A stretch of 63,913 nt of DNA, counting the filler, from Octopus bimaculoides (Eukaryota), in assembly GCF_001194135.2 (NCBI RefSeq). It is 4 parts of 3 records of this genome, joined end to end, with 100 filler letters (N's around TTAATTAATTAA, not from the genome) between each part and the next. Parts side by side here need not be neighbours in the genome. Positions count along the whole stretch, not along the records: positions 15,311 to 45,261 come from NC_068986.1; 3 more parts are not named here. One strand, given 5' to 3'. The notes below the pieces were generated by a model, which was given only the letters and a program-made list of their open reading frames with translations, had not been told where the DNA came from and did no database searches. Positions 24,439 to 36,835 of this stretch are shown here, piece after piece. The translations under genes and the position numbers were made by a program. Each line of letters starts with the position of its first letter. The stretch's first letter is position 1.

Positions 24439-24805
24439 CAGAGCGATTCAAAAGTCGCCATACATAAGAACAATTTATTTTTTTATACGAAGCAGTTTAT
24501 AAGAACAGTTTTGTTTTTTTTTATTTAACAGGCCCCTATATGGTTACCATTGTTTTGAATACACATTGCAATACGTTTACCCCACTCATTGTGAACTAGT
24601 AATAGCACATCTGGTGATACGTGTGCAGGTGAGTAGGTGAGGCGTTCCTTCAAATGTTATCTTTCTACGATACACCATGCCTTTCAAATGCCCCCAAAGA
24701 TAGAAATCAAGAGTGGTCAGATCAGGAGATCTAGGGGATCTTATAAACCATTTCTTATTAAAAAAGATAATTTTCCCTGTGTATGGAGACTTTTGAATCA
24801 CGCTG
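24439..24805 (-). mobile_element. Internally deleted Tc1/mariner element retaining the transposase C-terminus
   Basis: TIRs CAGAGCGATTCAAAAGTCGCCATACA / CAGCGTGATTCAAAAGTCTCCATACA; minus frame SPRSPDLTTLDFYLWGHLKGMVY (DDD-type third-residue motif as in maT/rosa-like families). Confidence 0.8.
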
Positions 24806-24816
24806 CATATATACTT

Positions 24817-24861
<45 letters not shown>

Positions 24862-25276
24862 CATACATACGTACATACATACATATATATATATATATAT
24901 GTGTATATATGTATATATATATATATATATATGCCCTTTTATTCTGTATATATGTATACAAACACACACCTGCGCATATCCACATATGCATACACACATA
25001 CATACAAAGAACATTCAGCATTAAGTATTTCCTGCTAGTTATATAGTTACTGATAACGCTACGAACAATACACGAAAGATATACCTTCACACAAATGCCA
25101 GTTAACGAACGTTATAAGAATTTACGAGAAGCCCCCTAACCGCAATACAGTACCATAAGCAATGAATCAACGGAACTAGGGATTTGGATGAAAACGAAAG
25201 CCGGATGGATCCTCTTGGACTGTGCTTTACAATGATCACTATTCAGTTTCTTCCCAAACTCCAAATGTTAGTCAAT

Positions 25277-25658
25277 GTTGGCACTCTGTCGCTTACGACG
25301 TCGAGGGATCCGGTTGATCCGTTCAACGGAACAGCCTGCTCATGAAATTAACGTGCAAGTGGCTGAGCACTCCACACACACGTGTACCCTTAACGTAGTT
25401 CTCAGTGAGATTCAGCGTGACACAGTGTAACAAGGCTGACCCTTTGAATTACAGGCACAACAGAAACAGGAAGAAAGAGTGAGAGAATGTTGTGGTGAAA
25501 GAGTACAGCAGGGTTCGCCACCATCCCCTGCCGGAGCCTCGTGGAGCTTTAGGTGTTTTCGCTCAATAAACACTCACAACACCCGGTCTGGGAATCGAAA
25601 CCGCGATCCTATGACCGCGAGTCCGCTGCCCTAACCACTGGGCCATTGCGCCTCCACG
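25277..25658 (-). mobile_element. SINE family A, full-length, with 10-bp TSD GTTAGTCAAT
   Basis: A-box TGGCCCAGTGG and B-box GTTTCGATTCC on the minus strand; TSD at 25267-25276 and 25659-25668. Confidence 0.92.
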
Positions 25659-25934
25659 GTTAGTCAATAAACTCATCGAAATGGCCATTGTCACTAAATG
25701 GGGCTTTACGCCATCAATAAGAAAAAACTTAAAACTACTACATGGTTAGATCAATTAACTGTAGCTTCTTAAAATGTCTCAAAATCAAGTGGTTTTAAGA
25801 CATTTAAAACAAAGGCATTGAACAATTTATCCAGTTCGACCTTATGAATTTTTATCTATCCATAAGCAAATTCCTCTTTCGGGAAGAAGTTTGATACAAA
25901 CATTTGCCTCGATTCGCGGTTAATAATGGTTTCA

Positions 25935-26145
25935 AATTTTGGCACACGGCCAGCAATTTCAGAATGAGTGTTTTAACCGATTACATTAACACCAGTACCT
26001 TGCTAATACTTTATTTTATCAACCTCCAAAGGGTGAAAGACAAAGTTTACGTCAGCTGACTATGAACTCAGAAAATAAAACCAGAAGAAATGCCGCTATG
26101 CATGTTCGCCCGCATGCTGGCGATTCTGCCAGCTCGCCACCTTAA
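25935..26145 (-). mobile_element. SINE family C, diverged
   Basis: ccgattacattaacaccagtacc...gtgaaagacaaagtttac...gaactcagaa...attctgccagctcgccacct. Confidence 0.65.
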
Positions 26146-26277
26146 ATACGAGATTAATAATAAAAGTCAGGGAGCCACACTTATAACAAGACCAACCCTA
26201 CAGTTCGATAACTGCGTGGAAGCTAAATAAACCATGACTTGGTAAACTCATACAATTGAAACCATCACATAATGGAT

Positions 26278-26377
26278 ATATTCAGCAAGTAGCTCATTAG
26301 CATATTCAGCAAGTAGCTCATTAGCATATTCAGCAAGTAGCTCATTAGCATATTCAGCAAGTAGCTCATTAGCATAT
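26278..26377. repeat. Perfect 24-bp minisatellite x4 (ATATTCAGCAAGTAGCTCATTAGC)
   Basis: Four identical units plus 4 bp, read directly. Confidence 0.97.
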
Positions 26378-26929
26378 CCAGGGAGAAATTAGCAACATTT
26401 CTACAAAAGATTAGAAATGAATACAGATAAACAAAACAGTGAATAGAATTGGTAAATAAACGGACAAATTGAACCTAAACCAACCTGTTGGCTTCGTTTA
26501 TACTTTCAACGAACAAATATTGATTTCTACTGGTTGGCAGATATAAGCACCGACCAGCAAAGAATTTGTTCGCTGAAGATATGAATTGCTTGGCTTAGGC
26601 TGAAAGGTCAGGGTGCTTTTGGCTGATGCGATACAATATATAGCGACTCTAGTGTCCTAGAATCGCGTGTGCCAATTATCCTAGTGTAGTGAACACATTG
26701 TTATCGTAAAAGAGCCGTTTTAAAGAAACCAAACTGTAAAGTTGCCCTTTGTCCTTTCCCTCTCTTCTTCGTGTAACTGTATAATGCGAGTTACCATCAA
26801 CATCTATTTTTGAATGTCATGAAACTGAGGAATTTATTCGGTTACATAAATCCTTAAAAAGACATCGTGTGCATTTAAAACTTTATTAATATTTCTTCGT
26901 GTGATTCGTGGAGAAAAAATTATTTTCGT

Positions 26930-26976
<47 letters not shown>

Positions 26977-27554
26977 NNNNNNNNNNNNNNNNNNNNNNNN
27001 NNNNNNNNNNNNNNNNNNNNNNNNNNNNNNNNNNNNNNNNNNNNNNNNNNNNNNNNNNNNNNNNNNNNNNNNNNNNNNNNNNNNNNNNNNNNNNNNNNNN
27101 NNNNNNNNNNNNNNNNNNNNNNNNNNNNNNNNNNNNNNNNNNNNNNNNNNNNNNNNNNNNNNNNNNNNNNNNNNNNNNNNNNNNNNNNNNNNNNNNNNNT
27201 TTATATATAAAAAAACACAAAAATGGACAAGAACGCAAAACTTCCAGACAGTTAGGTGATATATAAAAAGGGACAACGTGCGTGCGCGCATGCGTATTTG
27301 TGTGTGTGTTTACAGTAAATTTACTGGAATTTGTAATCGCAAAGATATAGCGAAGTTGCATTCTTAATTAACGAAGCAACTGCATTCTAAATAAGCTATA
27401 AGAATGGTAGAAGATGAGCTATATAAAATTATGGATTTTTCTTTGATATAAAAATGTAAATAAACAATTGTAACCATTTAAGAAACACACAAAAACCGTT
27501 AGATTCACTTCAACATTTACATTTAATTTGCCGAAATATTTTCGTCGCTTTGTA

Positions 27555-27822
27555 AGCCTAGTACTTATTCTATTTGTGTTTCTTTGCCGAACCGCTAAGT
27601 TACTGGCACGTAAACACACCAACATCGGTTGTCAAGCGATGGTGACGGGGTGGAGGACAAACACCGACACACAAATATACATATATACATATAATATATA
27701 TACGATGGTCGTCTTACAGTTTCCGTCTACCAAATACACTCGTAAGACTTTGGTAGGCCCGAGGCTATAGTAGAAAACACTTGCCCAAGGCGCTAGGCAG
27801 TGGGACTTAACCCGGAACCATG
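27555..27822 (-). mobile_element. SINE family B body; its head lies at 28758-28790
   Basis: Minus strand: acatggttccgggttaagtcccactgcc..gccttgggcaagtgttttctactatagcctcgggcc; head ggacgcaggagtggctgtgtggtagg at 28758-28790. Confidence 0.85.
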
Positions 27823-28757
27823 TAGATCCCTTGCTTTTTCTTTCCCTTGCTTTTGGCTTCCACTTACCTGGTGCCAAACACTCCCAGCTTCCTCGCCACA
27901 GGTTTCCATCTTCTCATGAAACTGTCTCGTGACAGGTACCTCTTCTCCAGCCTGATCTTACTACTGAGGTGGTAACAAAAAAAGTTAACTAACCCCTGGC
28001 CAGATACAAAGGTATCCGTCACTGTGCCTCTTACACGCGTCTTCCATACTGTTTCTTTCGGTATGGCTACTACGCAGGAAAAGCAAGCCTTCCTTGTTGA
28101 GAGAAGGAAGCGGCACAATCTCGATGATAGTTTCAGCTGATACCGGCACTCTTCACATCGATGACAATATTTGTTCTGCGAAAACTATCAGTCTCGTTAA
28201 TTCCGGACATTCCACGAATGCTTGCAAGACGGTTTCCCTGTCCTGCCCGCACCTTGGACATGTCGGCGATACGGCACTTCCGTGCCTTGACAGTTTGTCA
28301 CGAACAGGTAACGCCGCACAGAAGCACTGCCAAGCCAGGGATTTCTGGTAATTGTCCAGATACCCCGGCCCGTAAGTTCTCCTGAACAGGTTGGTCAACT
28401 GATTTTCATCGTAGCCTCGGGTCTCCCTAAAGGCGGCTTCGTACATAAATCCCACTAACCCGCTATAAAAATCCGCAGTGGAACTCTTGTTGCCGGCATT
28501 GCCCGCCCGAAAGAGTAGCTGAAGTGCCTGTCGGCACTCCAATTGCCAGACCCCCCCCCNNNNNNNNNNNNNNNNNNNNNNNNNNNNNNNNNNNNNNNNN
28601 TAGGTCTCTGCTTGATCCAATTACCCACGTCCGTTAAGGACGTTAACTGCGGAAGGCAGAACCGGACGTGCGGTGACCACACCTGCTCTCCATCCAGGTA
28701 AAGCCAAAGGTGCCTCAACCTTAACGCGAATTTTCGCATCCTCAACCAAGGCATCCC
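27823..28757 (-). pseudogene. Tx1/L1-like LINE 3' ORF fragment (zf-RVT region) nested in a SINE
   Basis: YQKSLAWQC...ALPVRDKL.RHG....PTCPRCGQDRETVLQAFVECP and IPKETVWKTR...VNFFCYHL..KIRLE. Confidence 0.85.
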
Positions 28758-29422
28758 TAGCCTACCACACAGCCACTCCTGCGTCCTTCGTGAATGCGTG
28801 ACAGGGAGAAGAAACAGAGCGAAAGATAGACAGAAATTATATACAACAGTGTAAAGCAGACGGCTACAGCTTAATATAATTTTGGCATTGTTCTTCATCA
28901 TAGTTTTGCAATTTTATATAAAAAATTATGTTTATCTCTCAATAAGACTACACAGCAATGCACAACGTTGTTGTTGTTGTTGTTGTTTTGTCCGGATTAA
29001 CAAAACAACAATGAATTATTCAGAGTGTTGCAGCTAATCTCATTTCGGTTTTAATGAATAACGATAGGTCAAAAGGTGAGTACTAAAGCCCACGCCTCGT
29101 CTGACCTCCGTTGACGATTTTTCTTTTCCCCTAGCAATTTTGTCTGTTTTTGGTTAGTTTTTTTCTTTTCTAAATTATCTTGTTTATACAGCGTTTAATT
29201 ATATAATAATTAAGTAATGTATTATTATTAATAATAATGGTAATAATAATGATGTTCACTCCTATCGATTTCGAAATATGAGCGTTTGAAGGAAAGGATT
29301 AAAAAAAAAAGTTTAAAAATAATAAGAAAAGTAATAATGATAGAAACGATGCTAATAAATGTATTTTTTTTTAATCACAAGAAATCAGACATTTTTAATT
29401 AATATATACTTAGACACATGCA

Positions 29423-29425
<3 letters not shown>

Positions 29426-29469
<44 letters not shown>

Positions 29470-29569
29470 NNNNNNNNNNNNNNNNNNNNNNNNNNNNNNN
29501 NNNNNNNNNNNNNNNNNNNNNNNNNNNNNNNNNNNNNNNNNNNNNNNNNNNNNNNNNNNNNNNNNNNNN

Positions 29570-29640
<71 letters not shown>
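29426..29640. repeat. (CT)n tract spanning a gap
   Basis: Direct reading. Confidence 0.95.
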
Positions 29641-29642
<2 letters not shown>

Positions 29643-29860
29643 TCTTTCGCTCTCCATCAATGTGAAATAGAAAAAATATATCACACGATATGAACATATA
29701 TGCGAGTATGTGAATAAGTATGTTCATATGTACGCGCATATGTGAGTTTGTATTAATTATAGTGTGTATATATACGTGTGTGTGTATGTATATGTGTATG
29801 TATATATGTATATGTATATATGTACATAACTAACTACTTGTGTGTGTGAANNNNNNNNNN

Positions 29861-29895
<35 letters not shown>

Positions 29896-31260
29896 TGTTT
29901 CTTTATTGGGAACACAGGGGTGAACACAGGGGAGGGGGGAATACAATGTAAAGCTTTTCTTTTGGGAAGAAAAGGAAAAAAAGATGGAGAAGAATTTCGA
30001 TTAAGAGGAATCGTGGTAAAAAAAAAACATGAATAGGGATCGTGTATCACAAGATGTCATAGTGTAAAATGGGAAGCAGATTTGGTTCATCCGAGGAAAG
30101 AAAAGCCTACGGAAAAGACCACGGTAACCTCGGGCAATAATGTCATGCAAAAAACACATTACAGTAAGTGACTCTTTTTTCCTTTCTTTTTCTGTTTCAT
30201 AGGACTATGCTCAAAGTGGATCCGTCATTCCCACGTACCATCCTTGCTACATTCATCCATCTTTTTTTTTTTTGAAACATTCACTAGACAAAAATTCCCT
30301 CTCTACTCTCACCTTATTCTTCAAGTGATCCTTGAAGAAGTTGATGAGAGATTCACCAGCGAGGAAAGTGTTTGTCTCTAGTCCTTTCAGACGCGTCCAT
30401 CATACANNNNNNNNNNNNNNNNNNNNNNNNNNNNNNNNNNNNNNNNNNNNNNNNNNNNNNNNNNNNNNNNNNNNNNNNNNNNNNNNNNNNNNNNNNNNNN
30501 NNNNNNNNNNNNNNNNNNNNNNNNNNNNNNNNNNNNNNNNNNNNNNNNNNNNNNNNNNNNNNNNNNNNNNNNNNNNNNNNNNNNNNNNNNNNNNNNNNNN
30601 NNNNNNNNNNNNNNNNNNNNNNNNNNNNNNNNNNNNNNNNNNNNNNNNNNNNNNNNNNNNNNNNNNNNNNNNNNNNNNNNNNNNNNNNNNNNNNNNNNNN
30701 NNNNNNNNNNNNNNNNNNNNNNNNNNNNNNNNNNNNNNNNNNNNNNNNNNNNNNNNNNNNNNNNNNNNNNNNNNNNNNNNNNNNNNNNNNNNNNNNNNNN
30801 NNNNNNNNNNNNNNNNNNNNNNNNNNNNNNNNNNNNNNNNNNNNNNNNNNNNNNNNNNNNNNNNNNNNNNNNNNNNGCTCTGACCGCATTTCAGGCAGGT
30901 CGGCCCCGTGTTTCTCGAGCCATGCCTGTAGAGCTTATCCCGAACGGGTAGCGCTTCTCGATAGCACTGCCAGGTCAGGGATCTCTGGAAGTTGTTCATA
31001 GGTCCCGGCCCGAAAGTCGTCTTGAACAGGCAGGTCAGGTATTCCTCGTCGACGCCCAGGTTCGCCCCGAGATCGTCGTCGTACCTCCTCTGCACTAATC
31101 CCCTATAGAATGCTTTGGTTGTGCTGCAGTCGCTCAAGGTCGACCCGGGACGGCATAGTTGCTCGAGAGCAACGCGACACTCGCGGTGCCATTCGCCCTT
31201 CCCCAGCCTCTTTTTGTTCCACGACTGCAGTTCGGTCATGGTGACGAGCTGCGGGAAAGC
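29861..31260 (-). pseudogene. Second Tx1/L1-like LINE fragment with probable 3' UTR and (TATC)n tail, gapped
   Basis: STTKAFYRGL...FQRSLTWQCYREALPVRDKLYRHG...PTCLKCGQ, homologous to 28153-28620; minus-strand AATAAA then (TATC)n at ~29905-29861. Confidence 0.8.
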
Positions 31261-31919
31261 TACCCCACCCCCACACTCCAAATGAAGGGTAATTTTGGAA
31301 GCATACATTTGTCACTGTGTGTAAGATCAGAAAATGTAGCATCCACACAATAATTATTACTTGCCGCTGACACAAAGTGGTGAAACAAAAATTAATTTTC
31401 AAAAGGAAAATATTTATTACCTTAGAATTAAATAAAACTAATTTATCATTTGAATAACACCTTCAGTAACTACTCCCAATTACTCCATCTTCTCCTCCTC
31501 CTCTTCGTCTGCTTCTGTGATTCTTATAATTCAAATTTTATCACATTTCTTGGTGCTGATACAAAAGTGAAATGAATACTAATTTTCAAAAGAAAGATAT
31601 TTATTATCTTAAAATAAATTAAATATATATTTTTATAAACTCCTCCTATAACTACCCAGTCCTTGCCTTCTTTAATCTTCCTTCTCCTCCTCGTCTTCCT
31701 TCTACTACTCTGTCTCTGTAACTATGTCTATTTCATTGTATGTCTGTGTGTTTCTAGGTTTTAGCGTTCCATTACTCATTGCCTGTCACCAAACTTCGTA
31801 TGTAAACACGGCAAACATATTAACAGTCTCTTTTTCCTTCGTTCTTTCTTTCATCTCCCTCTCTCTCACACTCACACATACACCCACATACATACATGCA
31901 GCGACACACACTCTCTCTC

Positions 31920-32006
<87 letters not shown>

Positions 32007-32149
32007 CTATCTCTCTCTTTCTCTCTCCTTTACGAACAATATGACAAGAGAAATCAGCTAATTTATATGTATTTTCAAAACACTGAAAACGAATTTGGTT
32101 TCATATTCCTCAAAATCTTTTCTAAAATTGTTTTAAATGAATTCACGTT

Positions 32150-32325
32150 TGAATGTTAGGCATTGCATCTGTGAAATTTATTTCGGCTCTCAACGTTCTG
32201 AGTTCAAACCACGCTGATGTCATGTTTGCCTTTCATCATTAAGGGGTCAATTAAATAACATATAAGCGATCGATGTAATCGTCTTTCCTCCCCTCCTCAA
32301 AATTGCTGGTCTTCCGTCAAATTTA
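32150..32325 (+). mobile_element. SINE family C, diverged
   Basis: acgttctgagttcaaacc..tttgcctttcatc..ggggtcaattaaataa..cgatgtaatcg...aaattgctggtc. Confidence 0.65.
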
Positions 32326-32326
32326 G

Positions 32327-32377
<51 letters not shown>

Positions 32378-32424
32378 CTATTATTAAGACAGCGTTAGCA
32401 CGCCGGACAAGGATTCTTAGTGGC

Positions 32425-32455
<31 letters not shown>

Positions 32456-32601
32456 TGTACGTACGTATGTATGTATGTGTGTATGAATGTATGTATGATA
32501 TGGGTGTGATTGGAGTACCAAGTTATAGCCATGTTCTTTTCTCTTACATACATGTGTGTATGTGGGTGTATATGTATGTATACATACAGACGTGTGTACG
32601 T

Positions 32602-32659
<58 letters not shown>

Positions 32660-32714
32660 ACATACGGGTAGGGTATATACATATATCAATATACACACAT
32701 ATCGACAGCTATAT

Positions 32715-33010
32715 CAACCCCAGAACTGGACGTTACTGCATATTCCAAAGGTCTAGAGTGAGAGTGAGAGCCACGTACTCAATAGTTTTGGGGATTCCAG
32801 GGCCCACAGCTATTTAATACCTTGCCAAAACATCCGAGAGATTTACATGTTTTAGTATTAGATATTTTCAAGTAACAACTTGAGCTCCTGCTGTTCAAGG
32901 CCCCAGATGAACCGACATCACGGCAAGAAACTCAAAAAAATCAGCAATATTCAACTGCCTCCTTCACCAAAATTCGATCACCTTAGAATGGCAATTGTTA
33001 AGGTGATAAC
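32715..33010 (+). pseudogene. CR1/L2-like LINE extreme 3' fragment
   Basis: Degenerate PRTGRYC..., LG..GP.LFN.LP, FK..L...L..APDEPTSRQE motifs across shifted frames. Confidence 0.55.
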
Positions 33011-33935
33011 ACTGGAGGGGCTTAAAATAATTTTTTAAATAAAAGAATGTGTAAGCAGCAGATAATTTTCAACGAAATGGCTGCATGCATCTGATGAAAA
33101 AGGACACCGGATAGCTACGAAACATTCATATTACGTAATAGGCACCCGGTGCCTCTTTTGAAACAGCTGTAGTACTTCACTACTTCTTTCATTTTTTCAT
33201 TTACAGTCATGATTATCGCATAATAACAACATCTGTTGCTTTCGAACTTCACTTGTAGCATATGTCGTATGCGAATTTTCTGTCCAACCTCGATATGGAC
33301 AAATTGTATTTGGTGCCTTGATTAATTAACTTTATTGATCAATTATCTACTCCGTTATATTTTCTATACAAACCTACTATTTATTGGATTCATTTGAGGA
33401 CTTCCTTTTTGGATTACTGTGAACTATTAATCTCATCAGCCCCGACTTCTTAATTTATCTGTATGTATTTATGCAATTACCTATCCGACTTTAATTTGAG
33501 CACGGAATTACACTATTATACGTATATATGTGTTTTTGTATGTTATGTGTTTGCGTGCTTACAATGGTTTATATTTGCCCTCGGATTTTAGATATGTGTT
33601 GGTTTTGATGAGGAGTATTATTGACCTTAGAACTTATCTCTTTCAAATTAATACTGTAATCTAATCGCTCAATAAATTGAGCACAACGCTGTTGTTTCTG
33701 GAAAAGAGTTCACCTCTACGATTTTTCATTACCTGCGTTCTTGTCCCATTCTGTATTATTTATGTGTGTGTGTGTGTGTGTGTATGTGTGTGTGTGAGTG
33801 TGTGTCTGTGTGTGTGTGTGTAGATGTTTTCGATCTAGTTTTGATTCTTCGCCATCAAATTTGAATTCTTTGCAATCAAATTTGGTTGTAAAAAATTCAA
33901 ATTTGATGGCAAAGAATCCAAACTAGATCGAAAAC

Positions 33936-34050
<115 letters not shown>

Positions 34051-34849
34051 GTGTTGTGTGTGTCTATAAAGAGAGAGAGGGATTAAAAGAGAAACGAGGA
34101 GACAAACGGTCTGGTAAAACTTGACAACGACATTTAATTTAGTTATATTATGATATAATATAATACAATACAAAGGTGTACTGTATCATATGATCATATA
34201 GCTAAATTAAATGTCCTTGTCAAGTCTTGCCAAATTGTTTGGCTTCTCGTTTCTGGTTTAATCTATACACACATTCTCAAGGGGAAGCCATTTCCAGCCT
34301 CGAAATCGCGTATTCAACTGTAGTTTATACCGGAATTTTAATGGCATACCAAATCGAGCACTCAGGTTACATACCTTTCAATTTTAGCCAACATATTGAA
34401 AATGCCACGTATGTCTTATATACACACACATACTCACACATATATATATCATCATTATTATTATTAATGTTAATAATACTTCATTAAGTTTTATGTTGTA
34501 CTTTATGTTCGTTTTTTAATGTCGCACGGGTATTCAGGTGAACAAACGCGTACGTTGTAGTGTGATGAATATTTTTTTGGCGATCCTTAAGTACTAACGT
34601 ACAAAAGGTGAAGTCAGTTGATACCGAGATATCTGTTTCTTGCTTCATACATTATACAATGTTAACCCTATTTTAGAATATTCATTGCATTCACCGTGCG
34701 TGTTTTCTAATAGTTAGAAATTCGTGGTTTTAGAGTGTTCACTTCTCTTTCTAGCAAGTGGTATTCTGGTACCCTATTTTATATATTTGTATATTTTACC
34801 TATATAGGTTAAAATTGCTGGCAACTTTATTATTATTATTATTGTTGAG

Positions 34850-35092
34850 TGAGAGAGTAGAGCATGCCGTCAGTGTGACACCGGAGTAAAATAGACGAAG
34901 CCCAGTATACCCATCATGACTACCCGTCTGATAAGGGTACACCATGAACATGCATCACAACCATACGTACGCGACAGGGTGATCTCATATAAAGATTAAC
35001 AGAGCATAACCTTGCAGGTGGGACCCAGTTAAAATTTTCTTCAAGTCGAGTAGCCCATCCCGCTAAAAAAGTCCCTGAATAAGGGTCGTTAA
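34850..35092. mobile_element. Unclassified interspersed repeat fragment, truncated at the long inverted-repeat arm
   Basis: gaagcccagtatacccatcatgactacccgtctgataagggtacacc...gagtagcccatcccgct; resembles a recalled high-copy octopus repeat. Confidence 0.45.
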
Positions 35093-35094
35093 AG

Positions 35095-35716
35095 TACATG
35101 CTCACATATACATATATGTATATATGTGTCTATATATATATATATATGAGATATTAAAAGCAAGCATACCTTAGCGGGATATGGGTTTAGTTCGACACGG
35201 AGATTCCCATCACTAGAAACATCCACACGACCCAAATTTGAATTGGATCGTGTAATGAAAGCACGCAATACAGACGAATCAATGAAAATAAGAACAAAAC
35301 AAGAAAAAACATAAAAATTGGAATAGATCGTGATTAAATCACAAGGTACGTCGGCTGTCAATCTGGTGATTAAGCCAAGCTACAAATTTACTGTTAATAA
35401 CGATACTTATAATGATGCTATATAAGATTAACACATCTTATTCCTTTTGTAGCTATACTAATTCTTTCTTTTCATGTTTAACTAAATTGGCATTCAACAC
35501 AGACATCACGCAATAGACACTTGTATTGCAATAAGATTGTTCTGTCCTGGGTATTATTATTTTCTTAACAATGAATGCACGAATGGGCCACCAATGGAAT
35601 TTCTGTCTTTATAGAAAGTCAGTAATATCTTTAATGCTTATGTGAAATTTTGCAACCCTGGTACCTATTTATCTGTCTTTCGTTGTTATTTGTACACATT
35701 GGAAAAATATACATGC

Positions 35717-35788
<72 letters not shown>

Positions 35789-35789
35789 T

Positions 35790-35834
<45 letters not shown>

Positions 35835-36784
35835 GAAACACGGCTTGCGAAGACCTATTGGTGCAAGCGAAAGCGAAATCGACATGGCACAAGTGCCCAA
35901 CATCGCCTTCCTGGCACTTGTGCCGGATGGTACGTGTAAAGACATTCGAGCGAGAACGTTGCCGGTGCCGAAGAACTGGCTCCTGTGGAGGTGGCACGTA
36001 AAATACACCATTTTGAGCGTGGCCGTTGCCAGTACCGCCTGACTGGCCTTCGTGCCGGTGGCACGTAAAAGCACCTACTACACTCTCGGAGTGATTGGCG
36101 TTAGGAAGGGCATCCAGCTGTAGAAACTCTGCCAAATCAGATTGGAGCCTGGTGTAGCCATCTGGTTTCACCAGTCCTCGGTCAAATCGTCCAACCCATG
36201 CTAGCATAGAAAGCGGACGTTAAACGACGATGGTGATGATGATGATNNNNNNNNNNNNNNNNNNNNNNNNNNNNNNNNNNNNNNNNNNNNNNNNNNNNNN
36301 NNNNNNNNNNNNNNNNNNNNNNNNNNNNNNNNNNNNNNNNNNNNNNNNNNNNNNNNNNNNNNNNNNNNNNNNNNNNNNNNNNNNNNNNNNNNNNNNNNNN
36401 NNNNNNNNNNNNNNNNNNNNNNNNNNNNNNNNNNNNNNNNNNNNNNNNNNNNNNNNNNNNNNNNNNNNNNNNNNNNNNNNNNNNNNNNNNNNNNNNNNNN
36501 NNNNNNNNNNNNNNNNNNNNNNNNNNNNNNNNNNNNNNNNNNNNNNNNNNNNNNNNNNNNNNNNNNNNNNNNNNNNNNNNNNNNNNNNNNNNNNNNNNNN
36601 NNNNNNNNNNNNNNNNNNNNNNNNNNNNNNNNNNNNNNNNNNNNNNNNNNNNNNNNNNNNNNNNNNNNNNNNNNNNNNNNNNNNNNNNNNNNNNNNNNNN
36701 NNNNNNNNNNNNNNNNNNNNNNNNNNNNNNNNNNNNNNNNNNNNNNNNNNNNNNNNNNNNNNNNNNNNNNNNNNNNNNNNNNNN

Positions 36785-36835
<51 letters not shown>

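Noticed and set aside
26278-26377. CRISPR-like appearance of short repeats (also 59499-59608)
   Set aside because: Head-to-tail units without unique spacers, in eukaryotic DNA
33085-33132. CTGATGA...GAAAC motif
   Set aside because: No credible stem II or stem I pairing
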